Source: a virus (Duplodnaviria > Heunggongvirae > Uroviricota > Caudoviricetes). From it: a stretch of 64,000 bases of DNA. Shown here one piece after another: positions 37,518 through 46,954 of this stretch. How positions within the stretch are numbered: position 1 is the first letter of the stretch; each line of letters starts with the position of its first letter. The notes beneath the pieces are model-generated. The model saw only the letters and a list, made by a program, of their open reading frames with translations, was not told where the DNA came from and ran no database searches. Where the stretch lies: IMG/VR virus record IMGVR_UViG_3300027375_000001; one strand, 5' to 3'. A program made the position numbers and the translations under genes.

Positions 37518-39551
37518 TTAATGTACGATTGAATTGCCTCGAATACGATTCCATGATGAAATTCTAAATTCATATGCTGGATCTCTAGATCCCCCAAATC
37601 CACCACCAGATTCACCACCGGTACTAACAACAACAGATGTATCACTGCCGCTATCTGGTGGTGCAAGTTGTGGGATCATATTGTTTAGTGTGTCTAATTT
37701 TGACGAAATGACTGATGTCATGTTCTTGATATCACTGCTCGATGCAACCAGAGGCGTTATGCTTTCGGTATTCCGAGTAACAGCCGGAGTGCTATAGTCC
37801 TGTGGGGGTGCGAGCATTGGTGACGGATTTACTATTGGGGTGCTTTGCACTGGTGTTGTTCTTTCAGAAGAACTTTGTTGTAGTTTATTAAATTGTTGCT
37901 TTAATAATTCAATTTCTTTAACAGCATCAGCACCAGGCAACGAATTGATTCGTCTCATCTCGTCGATTGTTTTTTGTGTGTCTCCCTGATACTTGTCAAG
38001 AATAACAGCAGCCATGCCAGGATTTATTCGCTGAATTTCACCTGCATCTGTTTTAACAGCAGCAGCATTGCTTTTAATTAACGAAGCTCCGATATTCAAA
38101 TTTTGTAGCAATTCTTTACCTTCATTAGTTGCACCCAATAACTCATTTCTTTTCTCAATAGACGCACGTGCACTTTGAGCTAAATCTGTATTTTGCTTAT
38201 TGCTTGCCACTAAATTAGCATCTATCTGATCAGATCCGTAGATTTTTTTGGCGATATCACCACCAGCAACCATGCCAGTCTTTGCAAGATAATCAGATGG
38301 GTTCGAAACTAAATCCAAAGTATTTTCTAGGAATCCACCAACACCACTTCGCTTTCTCATTTGCTCAGATTCCATTAATAGACGCTCCTTGCCTTCATCA
38401 GATAATAAGTCTTGAACAGTCCCGACAGCCTGCCCCGCAGTTACGGCAAGTGCGAGAGGGCCTAGCATTTTACCTGCTGATGAAGCCATTGCGCCAGCAC
38501 CCTTTGCAATACCCCCGGCAGCTCGCAACGCTTTGCCTCCTATTTTGGCAACGGTCTTAGCGCTTCTCGTGGCAGCACGTCTAACAGCACCTGCTCCTCT
38601 CGAAACAACCCCTCTTGAGGGTTTGGGTGCTCTTGCTGCACGCGAACCTCTTGGTCTGGAACCAGAACCGGTCGCGCCGCCGGAACCCGAACGAGATCCC
38701 CCGCCAGATGGTTTTCTAGATCTGGCAGATCCGCCCCCTCCAAATAATTCAGAAACTGAATCTACCAAGCCACCTAATAGACCCCCGCCTCCCATTTCTT
38801 CAGAAGATACTTCATTCCGTTTGCCTGCACTAATTTGATCAGAAGCTGCGAACAATCCCTTCAATTTACTAACAGCATTATCTCCGACATCTTGAAGAAC
38901 AACAGGAGTAGCAGTCACCTCTGCATCAAATATTGCATTTTGTTGTTGTGTTGTATTCTGCACCTTCAATGCATTTAGCATATCATTAGATGCATAATTC
39001 ACAGTAGGCGCCGAGGGCTGAGCATTGTTTGAAGCCAATTTTGATAAATCAGCTTTAATGCTCTCGATATTTATCTGAGGAATACTTTGAGGTGCAAATA
39101 ATGAATTATTAAACCCAGCCTCAATTAACGCTTTGAAATCTATATTTGACGTTTGAGATGAGGCGCGCTGAAATAATTCTGCAGCGAATGTACTATATTG
39201 TTCAGCTAGAGGTATTTTTAATTCGTCGAATATATTGACTGACTTTGAAGTATCAATGAAATTAGTATTCTTGATATTGTCAGATAAATTAAGCTTCAGA
39301 GATTCTATTATCGATGGGCGAATTGCATTTGCCAATGAATCATCCATTGTAGAATCTAAAATTTTATTGACCCTATCTCCTAGATCAATTAATAAATCAG
39401 ATTTAGTTATCGATGCTGATACCTTTTCTTTAATTGCACGTGCTAGCGCATACGAAATTTCTTCAGTCTCACGCCTTCCGATCAAATCTTGCAGATCTGA
39501 CATATTGATACGTACGTCAGATAGATTAATGCGTGTGGATTCATCGGCCAT
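37518..39551 (-). CDS. Tape-measure/gp29-like tail protein
   Basis: Helical protein with a Gly/Ser/Arg low-complexity segment and GKMLGPLALAVTAG amphipathic region; TAAATA upstream at 39557-39562. Confidence 0.55.
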   Translation of the reverse strand: MADESTRINLSDVRINMSDLQDLIGRRETEEISYALARAIKEKVSASITKSDLLIDLGDRVNKILDSTMDDSLANAIRPSIIESLKLNLSDNIKNTNFIDTSKSVNIFDELKIPLAEQYSTFAAELFQRASSQTSNIDFKALIEAGFNNSLFAPQSIPQINIESIKADLSKLASNNAQPSAPTVNYASNDMLNALKVQNTTQQQNAIFDAEVTATPVVLQDVGDNAVSKLKGLFAASDQISAGKRNEVSSEEMGGGGLLGGLVDSVSELFGGGGSARSRKPSGGGSRSGSGGATGSGSRPRGSRAARAPKPSRGVVSRGAGAVRRAATRSAKTVAKIGGKALRAAGGIAKGAGAMASSAGKMLGPLALAVTAGQAVGTVQDLLSDEGKERLLMESEQMRKRSGVGGFLENTLDLVSNPSDYLAKTGMVAGGDIAKKIYGSDQIDANLVASNKQNTDLAQSARASIEKRNELLGATNEGKELLQNLNIGASLIKSNAAAVKTDAGEIQRINPGMAAVILDKYQGDTQKTIDEMRRINSLPGADAVKEIELLKQQFNKLQQSSSERTTPVQSTPIVNPSPMLAPPQDYSTPAVTRNTESITPLVASSSDIKNMTSVISSKLDTLNNMIPQLAPPDSGSDTSVVVSTGGESGGGFGGSRDPAYEFRISSWNRIRGNSIVH

Positions 39552-39578
39552 ATTATTATTTACAGCCGACGTGTCTTA

Positions 39579-40430
39579 TTATTCGGTCACAAAGAAATTC
39601 GAGTTAAGATCTAATGGAAAATTAATAGTGGTGCCGTTGTATTCAAATTTATTATTGATGAGTGTTTCCTTTAATTGATTAAATTCTGATACGAATTTAG
39701 AAATTTTATCAAATGTAGACTTATCAAGCTGATTGACTAATTGAATGCGTTCATCTACTGTTAGTTTATTAAAGGCAATAGTACTGCCATTAATATCAAT
39801 TTCATCAATGAATTGGATAATGTTGTAGATAATAATCTCAGCCAAGAAATTATTTAAAGAATTTGGCTCCTCATCTGATATAGTATGAAGATCTGCTATA
39901 TGATTATTAACCACATATTCATCAATTTCCTTTTGTGTTTTTAGAGTCGGGATGCTAACTCGTACTTGAAGATTGCTTGAATTGATAACGGAATCTAATA
40001 CAACTGATGAGTAGTTTTGTTCAAAATTGTCAATAGCAATATCAATATCAAAATTATTATAATGCTTGACACCATCAACATTAAATTCGCATTTGACAAA
40101 ATTACCAGAATTAAATCGACGCAATTGATAGCATATGGCTATTTTATCCAAAATAGTAAATTGATCCACATTAGCATCGTCAACTAGGCAGTCTTTCAAA
40201 ATATTATACAGAACAATATTCATCTCGGACTTCAAAACAGACGCATTAATGGCACATTTTAAAAGTTCTTTGTGCTGCTGTGTTGTGAGTTGTCTGAATT
40301 TAAACGAACGAGATAGAGATGGAATCCATACAGCAGTTGCCGCAGACATTGTATTTTTCTTAATAAGATTTAACGCGTCATTAAAGTCGAGGATTTTTAT
40401 TGATTCTGGCATGCATTTAATTATGTCCAA
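39579..40430 (-). CDS. Baseplate hub assembly protein, gp26/gp51-like
   Basis: VWIPSLSRSFKFRQLTTQQHKELLK; paralogue of the adjacent gene. Confidence 0.6.
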   Translation of the reverse strand: MDIIKCMPESIKILDFNDALNLIKKNTMSAATAVWIPSLSRSFKFRQLTTQQHKELLKCAINASVLKSEMNIVLYNILKDCLVDDANVDQFTILDKIAICYQLRRFNSGNFVKCEFNVDGVKHYNNFDIDIAIDNFEQNYSSVVLDSVINSSNLQVRVSIPTLKTQKEIDEYVVNNHIADLHTISDEEPNSLNNFLAEIIIYNIIQFIDEIDINGSTIAFNKLTVDERIQLVNQLDKSTFDKISKFVSEFNQLKETLINNKFEYNGTTINFPLDLNSNFFVTE

Positions 40431-40431
40431 A

Positions 40432-41337
40432 TTACATTATATCAAGAAATTGATCTTCATAATCCGATGTCTCACGTTGTTGTTGTGTCGAATTGATTTT
40501 CAGAGAAATGAGATGGTCTCTTTCAATTGGAATTAATTGATTGATTGGTTGCCCAGGGAAAAGAGTCATGAAATTCATTTCCTTTGTATATAAATCTTGG
40601 AGATTTGCATTGTATATAGATATCACAAAATTAAACAATGAGTCTAGAGATGTATCGAGATGATACAGCAACGATCCACAATTGAAACATCGATAAGAAT
40701 ACGCGATTTCTTTATAGGTTTCCTTCTCAATAAAAGCATCAATAGTCTTATAAAAATTAGACGTTACAGACACACCCAACTCAGTTAACAACTTGAAATT
40801 ATTTTCAACGGTAAGAAAATGTGAAGGGACATTATTACCTTCAATAGACATCTCTTTTATGAACGACGATCTCCATAAATTGTGATCTAGCGTTCCTTTT
40901 TTGTCTGACAGTCTTCTATACTCAAGATCATTTACAATCCGGGGCCAACCGATAGTATATCGCAATACATTACCAAAATCAATACTAAGATGTGTGTCTG
41001 CATATTTAATTTTGCTGAGTACCTCATCAATCTCCAAATTAAAAGACATAGTATCACCACAATCACATTCAACGGAATACTTTAACTCTTTATCGAAGCA
41101 ATACCCTCGGGTGTATATGGCATAATATAATCGATCAATGATATTAAAATCATTATAAGATTCCATGCAATTTTCTTGCATGATTTTGTCAATAGCAAAA
41201 CAAAATGACGAAGAATTTAGCGTTGTCTGCTTCGCAGCCTTTGCAAGAATTTTTTCTTGGTCGTGCGTTATCTCAGCGAAGAATAATTCTTTCTCAGCAC
41301 TTGGTATCCAAATCTTATTAAACGACCGCAATATCAT
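40432..41337 (-). CDS. Baseplate hub subunit, gp26-like
   Basis: IWIPSAEKELFFAEITHDQEKILAK; ECDCG and YRCFNCG zinc motifs. Confidence 0.65.
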   Translation of the reverse strand: MILRSFNKIWIPSAEKELFFAEITHDQEKILAKAAKQTTLNSSSFCFAIDKIMQENCMESYNDFNIIDRLYYAIYTRGYCFDKELKYSVECDCGDTMSFNLEIDEVLSKIKYADTHLSIDFGNVLRYTIGWPRIVNDLEYRRLSDKKGTLDHNLWRSSFIKEMSIEGNNVPSHFLTVENNFKLLTELGVSVTSNFYKTIDAFIEKETYKEIAYSYRCFNCGSLLYHLDTSLDSLFNFVISIYNANLQDLYTKEMNFMTLFPGQPINQLIPIERDHLISLKINSTQQQRETSDYEDQFLDIM

Positions 41338-41363
41338 TAAAAGTTAATTACTATGAACGGGTT

Positions 41364-42128
41364 TCAAGATCCACTAAATGTTTTCCCAGATATAATCGAA
41401 TAATGAGAATAGGAAAAATTAACAGTGGTTGATATTATAGACGAATCCCCCACAGATGCATATTTTTCGCCGGCTATACTTGAAGGAAAAGCATTATAAA
41501 AATAATACGTCTTTCTTTTGATAGGTGCTTTACCCGGGCCAGTTAGTGCATATAAGCTGCATATAATATCGCTCCGCAATTTCAAATTGTCGCGGCGATT
41601 ATAAGCAACCAAACTATCGGCAGCAACATTGATCATCCATGGGCGAATTGCAGTATCCACATATGATATATTAGTCTCGAGAAAAGATATACGCAACGCA
41701 TCTAATTCATTACGACCCTCAGTAAGGATACCACCCAAGTAACCAGCAGATTTTTCTACAGCAGCCCTTTTAGTTGTAATCCCGTCAGATATAAAATCAA
41801 CACCCGTAGCCAACATATTTCCCAAATACCACCCATTTATTTCTTTTGTAGTTGCTGTCACAATCTCTTGACGCTGATCATCTACATCCCATGATTTTGC
41901 AGCGTCGGCCCCCTTCACGCCATATGATATTGATGGATTTGATAAAGGCTCAGACAAATATGTATTCATCACTCGAGGCACTGTCAGTTCTACAGACCAC
42001 ATAGTCTTGAGAGGAATTGACGTAGGCCATTTTCCTAACAAATCCAAAAAAGCAGGTATTGGTCCTTTGTCGGCGTCGGCACCAGCTGCTAGATTAAATT
42101 TATATGGTTGAGGTTCTGGGCAATACAT
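41364..42128 (-). CDS. Tail tube-fold protein (gp54/gp19-like)
   Basis: LRISFLETN, IRPW, YYFYNAFPSSI, TVNFSYSHY. Confidence 0.65.
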   Translation of the reverse strand: MYCPEPQPYKFNLAAGADADKGPIPAFLDLLGKWPTSIPLKTMWSVELTVPRVMNTYLSEPLSNPSISYGVKGADAAKSWDVDDQRQEIVTATTKEINGWYLGNMLATGVDFISDGITTKRAAVEKSAGYLGGILTEGRNELDALRISFLETNISYVDTAIRPWMINVAADSLVAYNRRDNLKLRSDIICSLYALTGPGKAPIKRKTYYFYNAFPSSIAGEKYASVGDSSIISTTVNFSYSHYSIISGKTFSGS

Positions 42129-42136
42129 AATTGAGT

Positions 42137-42502
42137 TTATTCTTTTTTCAATGAGTATGCACCATTTATGAGAATGAGCATTAACCCATTAGCAGAGTTC
42201 AATCTCTTTTCGGGTTCTTTTTCGGTAGGCCGTACGTTATAGAATGTCATTATTTCTTGTGCTATTGGGTCTGTTACTTTCATAATCGAGCCAGGAGCAG
42301 ATTTATCTATATTCTTTAGCATTTGGTCGGCAGATGTCGTTAGTGTCTGTGATACCTTGTTGTAAGGACGAAATTGATTTTTGTCCTTGGTTGTAGTGAT
42401 GTTCTGATGTTTACGGTCGAAATTATCAGGATTGTACCCACGATAATCCTTTTCACCTAATAATTTCACTTGATAATATGCAACCAATTCGTTATAATTC
42501 AT
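42137..42502 (-). CDS. Hypothetical late protein
   Basis: Start re-called at MNYNEL, 8 nt after a perfect TATAAATA. Confidence 0.6.
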   Translation of the reverse strand: MNYNELVAYYQVKLLGEKDYRGYNPDNFDRKHQNITTTKDKNQFRPYNKVSQTLTTSADQMLKNIDKSAPGSIMKVTDPIAQEIMTFYNVRPTEKEPEKRLNSANGLMLILINGAYSLKKE

Positions 42503-42510
42503 ATAGTCCT

Positions 42511-42518
42511 TATTTATA
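42511..42518 (-). promoter_or_regulatory. T4-type late promoter TATAAATA
   Basis: Exact T4 gp55 consensus upstream of the 42502 start; gp55 is encoded in the window. Confidence 0.65.
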
Positions 42519-42527
42519 CTTAGAGAG

Positions 42528-43562
42528 ATGAGCGAATTTGACAATAATTTACCAGCTGATTATGTGCTTGAGAAGTTTTACCTTCATGCAGGCAAAGCTC
42601 GGCGAGTTGGGGACAAATATAACGCATCATGCCCAATATGCAGAGAAGGTAAAAGTTGGTTAAAGAAAAAAAGGCTTTACTATTACCCAGGTTCAAATTC
42701 AATGTTTTGCCATAATTGTCAAAACTCATGGACGGCGCTGTGGTGGATTAAAGAGGTCACAGGACAAAGCCCGTCTCAAATTGTTAATGATGCCATGAAA
42801 AATTATGGATTTGATATGGGCACCGGTGGCAAATTTTTTAAGAAATTAGAGGCATCATCACAGACATACACAATTCCGGACCTACCCACCGATGCAATCA
42901 ATCTGCTAGATGATAATGTAATCGATTTTTATAAAAGTGACCCTGCTGTAACGAAAGCAGTTAAGTATCTTAAAATGAGAAAATTAGATACTGCCATAAA
43001 CAGACCAAAGGCGATTTATTTTTCACACAAGGACAAATACCACGGAGATCGTATTATCATCCCATTTTACGATATTGGTAATAAAATCTGCTTTTACCAA
43101 TCTAGAAAAATAAATGACAATGACGATGGCCCAAAATATTTGTCAAAAATCAATTCAGACAAAAGCATATTCAATTTGAATAATGTAAATAACGACATTG
43201 ACTATTGCTTTATTTTTGAAGGCCCTGTAGACGCATGCTTTGTCAAAAATGGAGTAGCAGTTGCGGGAATTGCATGCACTCCAAAACAAGAGAGCCAATT
43301 AGAAACACTAAAGGCGTTTTATAAAATTGTATGGGTTTTGGACAATCCATATCAAGATCGCAATGAAGATGTTACTGATAAATTTATTGAATTAGTAGAC
43401 AAAGGGGAAACCGTATTTGTATGGCCGGCTGCGTTATCTATATATAAAGATATCAATGATATTTGCATTGATAAGAAAATAAATGAATTTCCTTATCAAA
43501 TTCTACTAAAGCATGCTAAGAACGGCATTGCTGCAAAAGCATCATACATGCAAATAAATTAA
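42528..43562 (+). CDS. gp61: DNA primase
   Basis: CPIC...FCHNC zinc finger, RIIIPFY, YQSR, KYLS, TOPRIM FEGPVDA, VWVLDN, KDIND. Confidence 0.93.
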   Translation: MSEFDNNLPADYVLEKFYLHAGKARRVGDKYNASCPICREGKSWLKKKRLYYYPGSNSMFCHNCQNSWTALWWIKEVTGQSPSQIVNDAMKNYGFDMGTGGKFFKKLEASSQTYTIPDLPTDAINLLDDNVIDFYKSDPAVTKAVKYLKMRKLDTAINRPKAIYFSHKDKYHGDRIIIPFYDIGNKICFYQSRKINDNDDGPKYLSKINSDKSIFNLNNVNNDIDYCFIFEGPVDACFVKNGVAVAGIACTPKQESQLETLKAFYKIVWVLDNPYQDRNEDVTDKFIELVDKGETVFVWPAALSIYKDINDICIDKKINEFPYQILLKHAKNGIAAKASYMQIN

Positions 43563-44404
43563 TCACCCTCGACTAAGCTTTTGGCGACATCAATGTAGTT
43601 AGTTTCCATCTTAGACAAAAGCTCGCGGCGTTTGATGTATAAATCGTAGTCCCACTTTGTAGCCAATTTTACATCGATTTCTTTAATTTGCTTGACGATT
43701 TTTTCATCCATGATAACATCTTCACCGATAATGGTTTCATCGGCATCATCGATTAGTTCAGTGATGTTGTATTCTGCATTAAGACGTTCCATGTACTCAT
43801 CAATGCTCTCGCCATTGACGAGACCTTCTTGATTGATTTCAGCAAATAACTCACCGTCTGCTGTTTCAAGCACCATTCTATGCGATGCTGGCGATGACGA
43901 TTTATACTCAAACCCGCAACGTGATAATCTCTCAATCACGATTTCAGACGGAGTTAATTCACTTTCAAAAGAATCAGCCATTCTAATGTTCTTAGCCTTG
44001 CGATCCGATGCGATAACAAACCCAGCAATAATTTCTTTAAGTTCAGCTAAGTCGCTTGAAACACGCGCAACCTTATCCGAAATACGTGATGCAATTCCCT
44101 TAAACACACTATTATCTCTATCTAATACGTTGACTTGTCGGTTAATAGATCCAGTCGCAGTATCATTTAGGTATTTGACAAACTCATCAATATTTTGAAT
44201 CCAATCCTCTGCTGCGGCAACTTCGGCTTTGTATCCAGTGTTAGGGGGTCCAGGCTCTACGTCTAATGCATCTTCAGGCACATCATTTTTTGCAAGACGA
44301 TCACGAAGAGGTGCCTCATCTTGTTGTGCATCATAATTGGTTTCAGATTCAGGAGCTTCCTGTTCGAGTAATGTGTTTAGGAAAATTTGTTTGAGGTTTG
44401 CCAT
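43559..44404 (-). CDS. Acidic hypothetical late protein
   Basis: Start re-called at MANLKQ; TAAATA at 44409-44414. Confidence 0.6.
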   Translation of the reverse strand: MANLKQIFLNTLLEQEAPESETNYDAQQDEAPLRDRLAKNDVPEDALDVEPGPPNTGYKAEVAAAEDWIQNIDEFVKYLNDTATGSINRQVNVLDRDNSVFKGIASRISDKVARVSSDLAELKEIIAGFVIASDRKAKNIRMADSFESELTPSEIVIERLSRCGFEYKSSSPASHRMVLETADGELFAEINQEGLVNGESIDEYMERLNAEYNITELIDDADETIIGEDVIMDEKIVKQIKEIDVKLATKWDYDLYIKRRELLSKMETNYIDVAKSLVEGD

Positions 44405-44422
44405 ACAATATTTATTTATTAG

Positions 44423-44451
44423 TTGCAACCATCATTTCCGTATGTTATATT
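44423..44451 (+). promoter_or_regulatory. Sigma70-type promoter for queC cluster
   Basis: TTGCAA-N17-TATATT with an extended -10 TG, 5 nt before the ATG at 44457. Confidence 0.5.
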
Positions 44452-44456
44452 TATTT

Positions 44457-45194
44457 ATGAATAAGGTTATTATCTTTAGCGGCGGCTTAGATTCCACAGT
44501 GCTGTTGTATGACGTCGCTTCAAAATTAGAAGAAGGTGAAGTTTTATATTGTTTGAATTTCTTCTATGGCCAAAAGCATTCCATTGAATGTGCCAGAGCA
44601 GCTGCAGTAGTAGATCATTTGGCGGCGCTTTCGAACAACAAAGTAATTTTACATGAAATTTCGTTGAAGCATGTTTTTGACTACTTGCAAACATCTGCAT
44701 TGCTCAACGGAGAATATGACATACCAAAAGCAAAAGATGTTCTTGGAGATCCGCAGCCACTAAGTTACGTGCCTAATCGTAATATGATTATGCTGAGCAC
44801 TGCGGTAGGTTTCGCTGAAAGCACAGAATCAAATGAAGTATATTATGGAGCACAACAAGCAGATACTCTGTCGGGTTATTGGGACGCTTCTGCAGAGTTT
44901 TTGGAAGCAATTAATAGAGTTATTTGCCTTAATCGTAAAAATAGCATTGAAATTAAAGCACCTCTAATGACGATGAATAAAGAAGAAATCATTAGAAGAG
45001 GTGCAGAATTAAACGTACCATTCGAACTGACATGGACATGCTACGACCCGGTTTATATTCCGGGTGTTAAAACACTTTCATGCGGCGAATGTGTCGCATG
45101 CGCCAATAGATTACAAGGATTTATTAATGCCGGGTTAAAAGATTCCATGGAATATGCAATTTCCATTGACTATGAGAAATACGGCATTCAATGA
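44457..45194 (+). CDS. queC: 7-cyano-7-deazaguanine synthase QueC
   Basis: FSGGLDS, YGQKH, YVPNRNMIMLS, APLMTMNKEEII, TWTCY...CGECVAC..R. Start at MNKVII. Confidence 0.9.
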   Translation: MNKVIIFSGGLDSTVLLYDVASKLEEGEVLYCLNFFYGQKHSIECARAAAVVDHLAALSNNKVILHEISLKHVFDYLQTSALLNGEYDIPKAKDVLGDPQPLSYVPNRNMIMLSTAVGFAESTESNEVYYGAQQADTLSGYWDASAEFLEAINRVICLNRKNSIEIKAPLMTMNKEEIIRRGAELNVPFELTWTCYDPVYIPGVKTLSCGECVACANRLQGFINAGLKDSMEYAISIDYEKYGIQ

Positions 45195-45871
45195 GAATTA
45201 TGAAAAGTACTGATATTTATTTCATCACAGCGACAAAAATGCACCATTACGATTTTTGGTGTAATTCCCATCTTGGAAAGTTCTTGAGAAAGGCTAAAGT
45301 CTCGGACCAGACATATGTTGCTTATAACAATAAGCAAGGCCTATCCGAAATTTACAACCATGCAATTTTGGAATGTGAGCATGATTATGTAGTGTGTGTT
45401 CATGATGATGTCGTAATTGAAGATATTTTTTGGTTTGAAAAATTGAAAGAAGGATTTGAAAATTACGACATCTTGGGTCTTGCTGGTAGTTCTAATACAG
45501 AAATCAAATCACCGGCACTTTGGCATTTAATGTCACCTAGAGAACAATGGATGGGATTTGTGAATCATTATATTCCAAATACAAACCAATCTTTCGCAAC
45601 ATCTTTTGGACCTTCCCCATCTAGATGCATCGTTATGGATGGGCTGTTTTTAGCTGCTAATAGAAAGGCACTTATGGATAATGGTGTGCTTTTTGATCCT
45701 CAATTCGATTTCCATCATTATGATATTGATTTTTGTCTTCGCGCAAATAAAGCAGGGTTGAAAATGTCAACAGTTCCTATCCATGTCACACACGCATCAG
45801 GCGGACTGAGTTCTACAGATAATGAAAGATGGAAAAATAGTGAAAAGAGGTTTTTAGCAAAGTATAGTTAA
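45191..45871 (+). CDS. GT2-like glycosyltransferase (StrF/Glyco_tranf_2_5-like)
   Basis: GLSEIYN, VCVHDDV, ILGLAG, MDGLFLA, FDFHHYDIDFC. Confidence 0.8.
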   Translation: MRIMKSTDIYFITATKMHHYDFWCNSHLGKFLRKAKVSDQTYVAYNNKQGLSEIYNHAILECEHDYVVCVHDDVVIEDIFWFEKLKEGFENYDILGLAGSSNTEIKSPALWHLMSPREQWMGFVNHYIPNTNQSFATSFGPSPSRCIVMDGLFLAANRKALMDNGVLFDPQFDFHHYDIDFCLRANKAGLKMSTVPIHVTHASGGLSSTDNERWKNSEKRFLAKYS

Positions 45872-45875
45872 TCAT

Positions 45876-46496
45876 ATGTGCGGAATTTTTAAATCAACTA
45901 AATTGGAAAGATTCAATGAATTATACGACGCAAATACCGTTAGAGGGTTTAGTAGTTTTGGCGGAGTATTTCGGAGAAATAATAAACACACTATATACAA
46001 AAGTGATGACATGGATATCAGATTCAATGCGAATGATGCATCTCTTTATCTTGGTCATCTGCGAGCGCCTACTGGGATTGGTCATACATTTACACCAATA
46101 AGATGCCATCCTTTTGAATATCGGAATTGGTTGGTTGCTCACAACGGCATCCTAACAAACCACAAAGAGCTTATTCCCGAACACATTCGAGACAATCATA
46201 CATATGAAATAGATAGTAGTGTAATCCCGTTTCAATTGCATATCCATGGCTTTCAATGTTTTGAAAAATTTAAAGGAACGTGGGCTTGTTGGATGTATAA
46301 TATTTTAACCAATCAGCTTTTTGTTACACGTTCGGATAATACTCTATTCATGGATCCAGAGACTGGGGATTTTTCTTCAACAGCTACAAATAGATGTAGT
46401 CAGAGCATCAACCCTAGAGTAGTATACGAAATTAAAGATAATGAATTCATCGAAGTCCACAGTTATCAAACCAAGCCTCTTTATTTTATTCCATGA
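45876..46496 (+). CDS. Class II (Ntn) glutamine amidotransferase
   Basis: N-terminal MCGIF (Cys2), GHLRAPTG, HPF, VAHNGILTN, IDSSVI. Confidence 0.85.
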   Translation: MCGIFKSTKLERFNELYDANTVRGFSSFGGVFRRNNKHTIYKSDDMDIRFNANDASLYLGHLRAPTGIGHTFTPIRCHPFEYRNWLVAHNGILTNHKELIPEHIRDNHTYEIDSSVIPFQLHIHGFQCFEKFKGTWACWMYNILTNQLFVTRSDNTLFMDPETGDFSSTATNRCSQSINPRVVYEIKDNEFIEVHSYQTKPLYFIP

Positions 46497-46954
46497 GATG
46501 CAATGCTGGCATTGAGCCTAATATGCTATTAGATCAGCATTTAATCGCAGAGCAATCTGAATTGCTTATTGTGGATGGCATGTTGAGAAAAAATAAATTC
46601 AAAATGAAATCAAAAGTACCCAACGAATTTACGCTTGGGAAAGGACATATTTTATTTTGGACTGATAAGATTTTATACCTGCACAAGCGACATGTCGAAA
46701 TAAAAGATGAAATTATTCGCAGGGGATATAAGGTAACAGACAAGAAGTTTATCCTCGACGACTATCCAGATGAATTGCTCAACGATTGGAGACCCCACAA
46801 TAATGCAGTCGAAATAATCAAAAATCGAATTGCTGAAAAGATTTTGGCAAAAGGAGATAAAATATTTTGGCGCTATCAAGGATTATATATTGATTCTAAA
46901 GACATCCCGCTATATATTAACAAATTAACAACATCACCACTATATTATGTTTAA
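46493..46954 (+). CDS. denV: Pyrimidine-dimer DNA glycosylase, endonuclease V-like
   Basis: LLDQHLIAE..EL, FTLGKGHILFWTDKILYLHKR, RRGY align with T4 DenV. Confidence 0.85.
   Translation: MRCNAGIEPNMLLDQHLIAEQSELLIVDGMLRKNKFKMKSKVPNEFTLGKGHILFWTDKILYLHKRHVEIKDEIIRRGYKVTDKKFILDDYPDELLNDWRPHNNAVEIIKNRIAEKILAKGDKIFWRYQGLYIDSKDIPLYINKLTTSPLYYV

Noticed and set aside
38560-38800. GC-rich repetitive stretch as a separate element
   Set aside because: Explained by the Gly/Ser/Arg/Ala low-complexity segment of the tape-measure-like protein.
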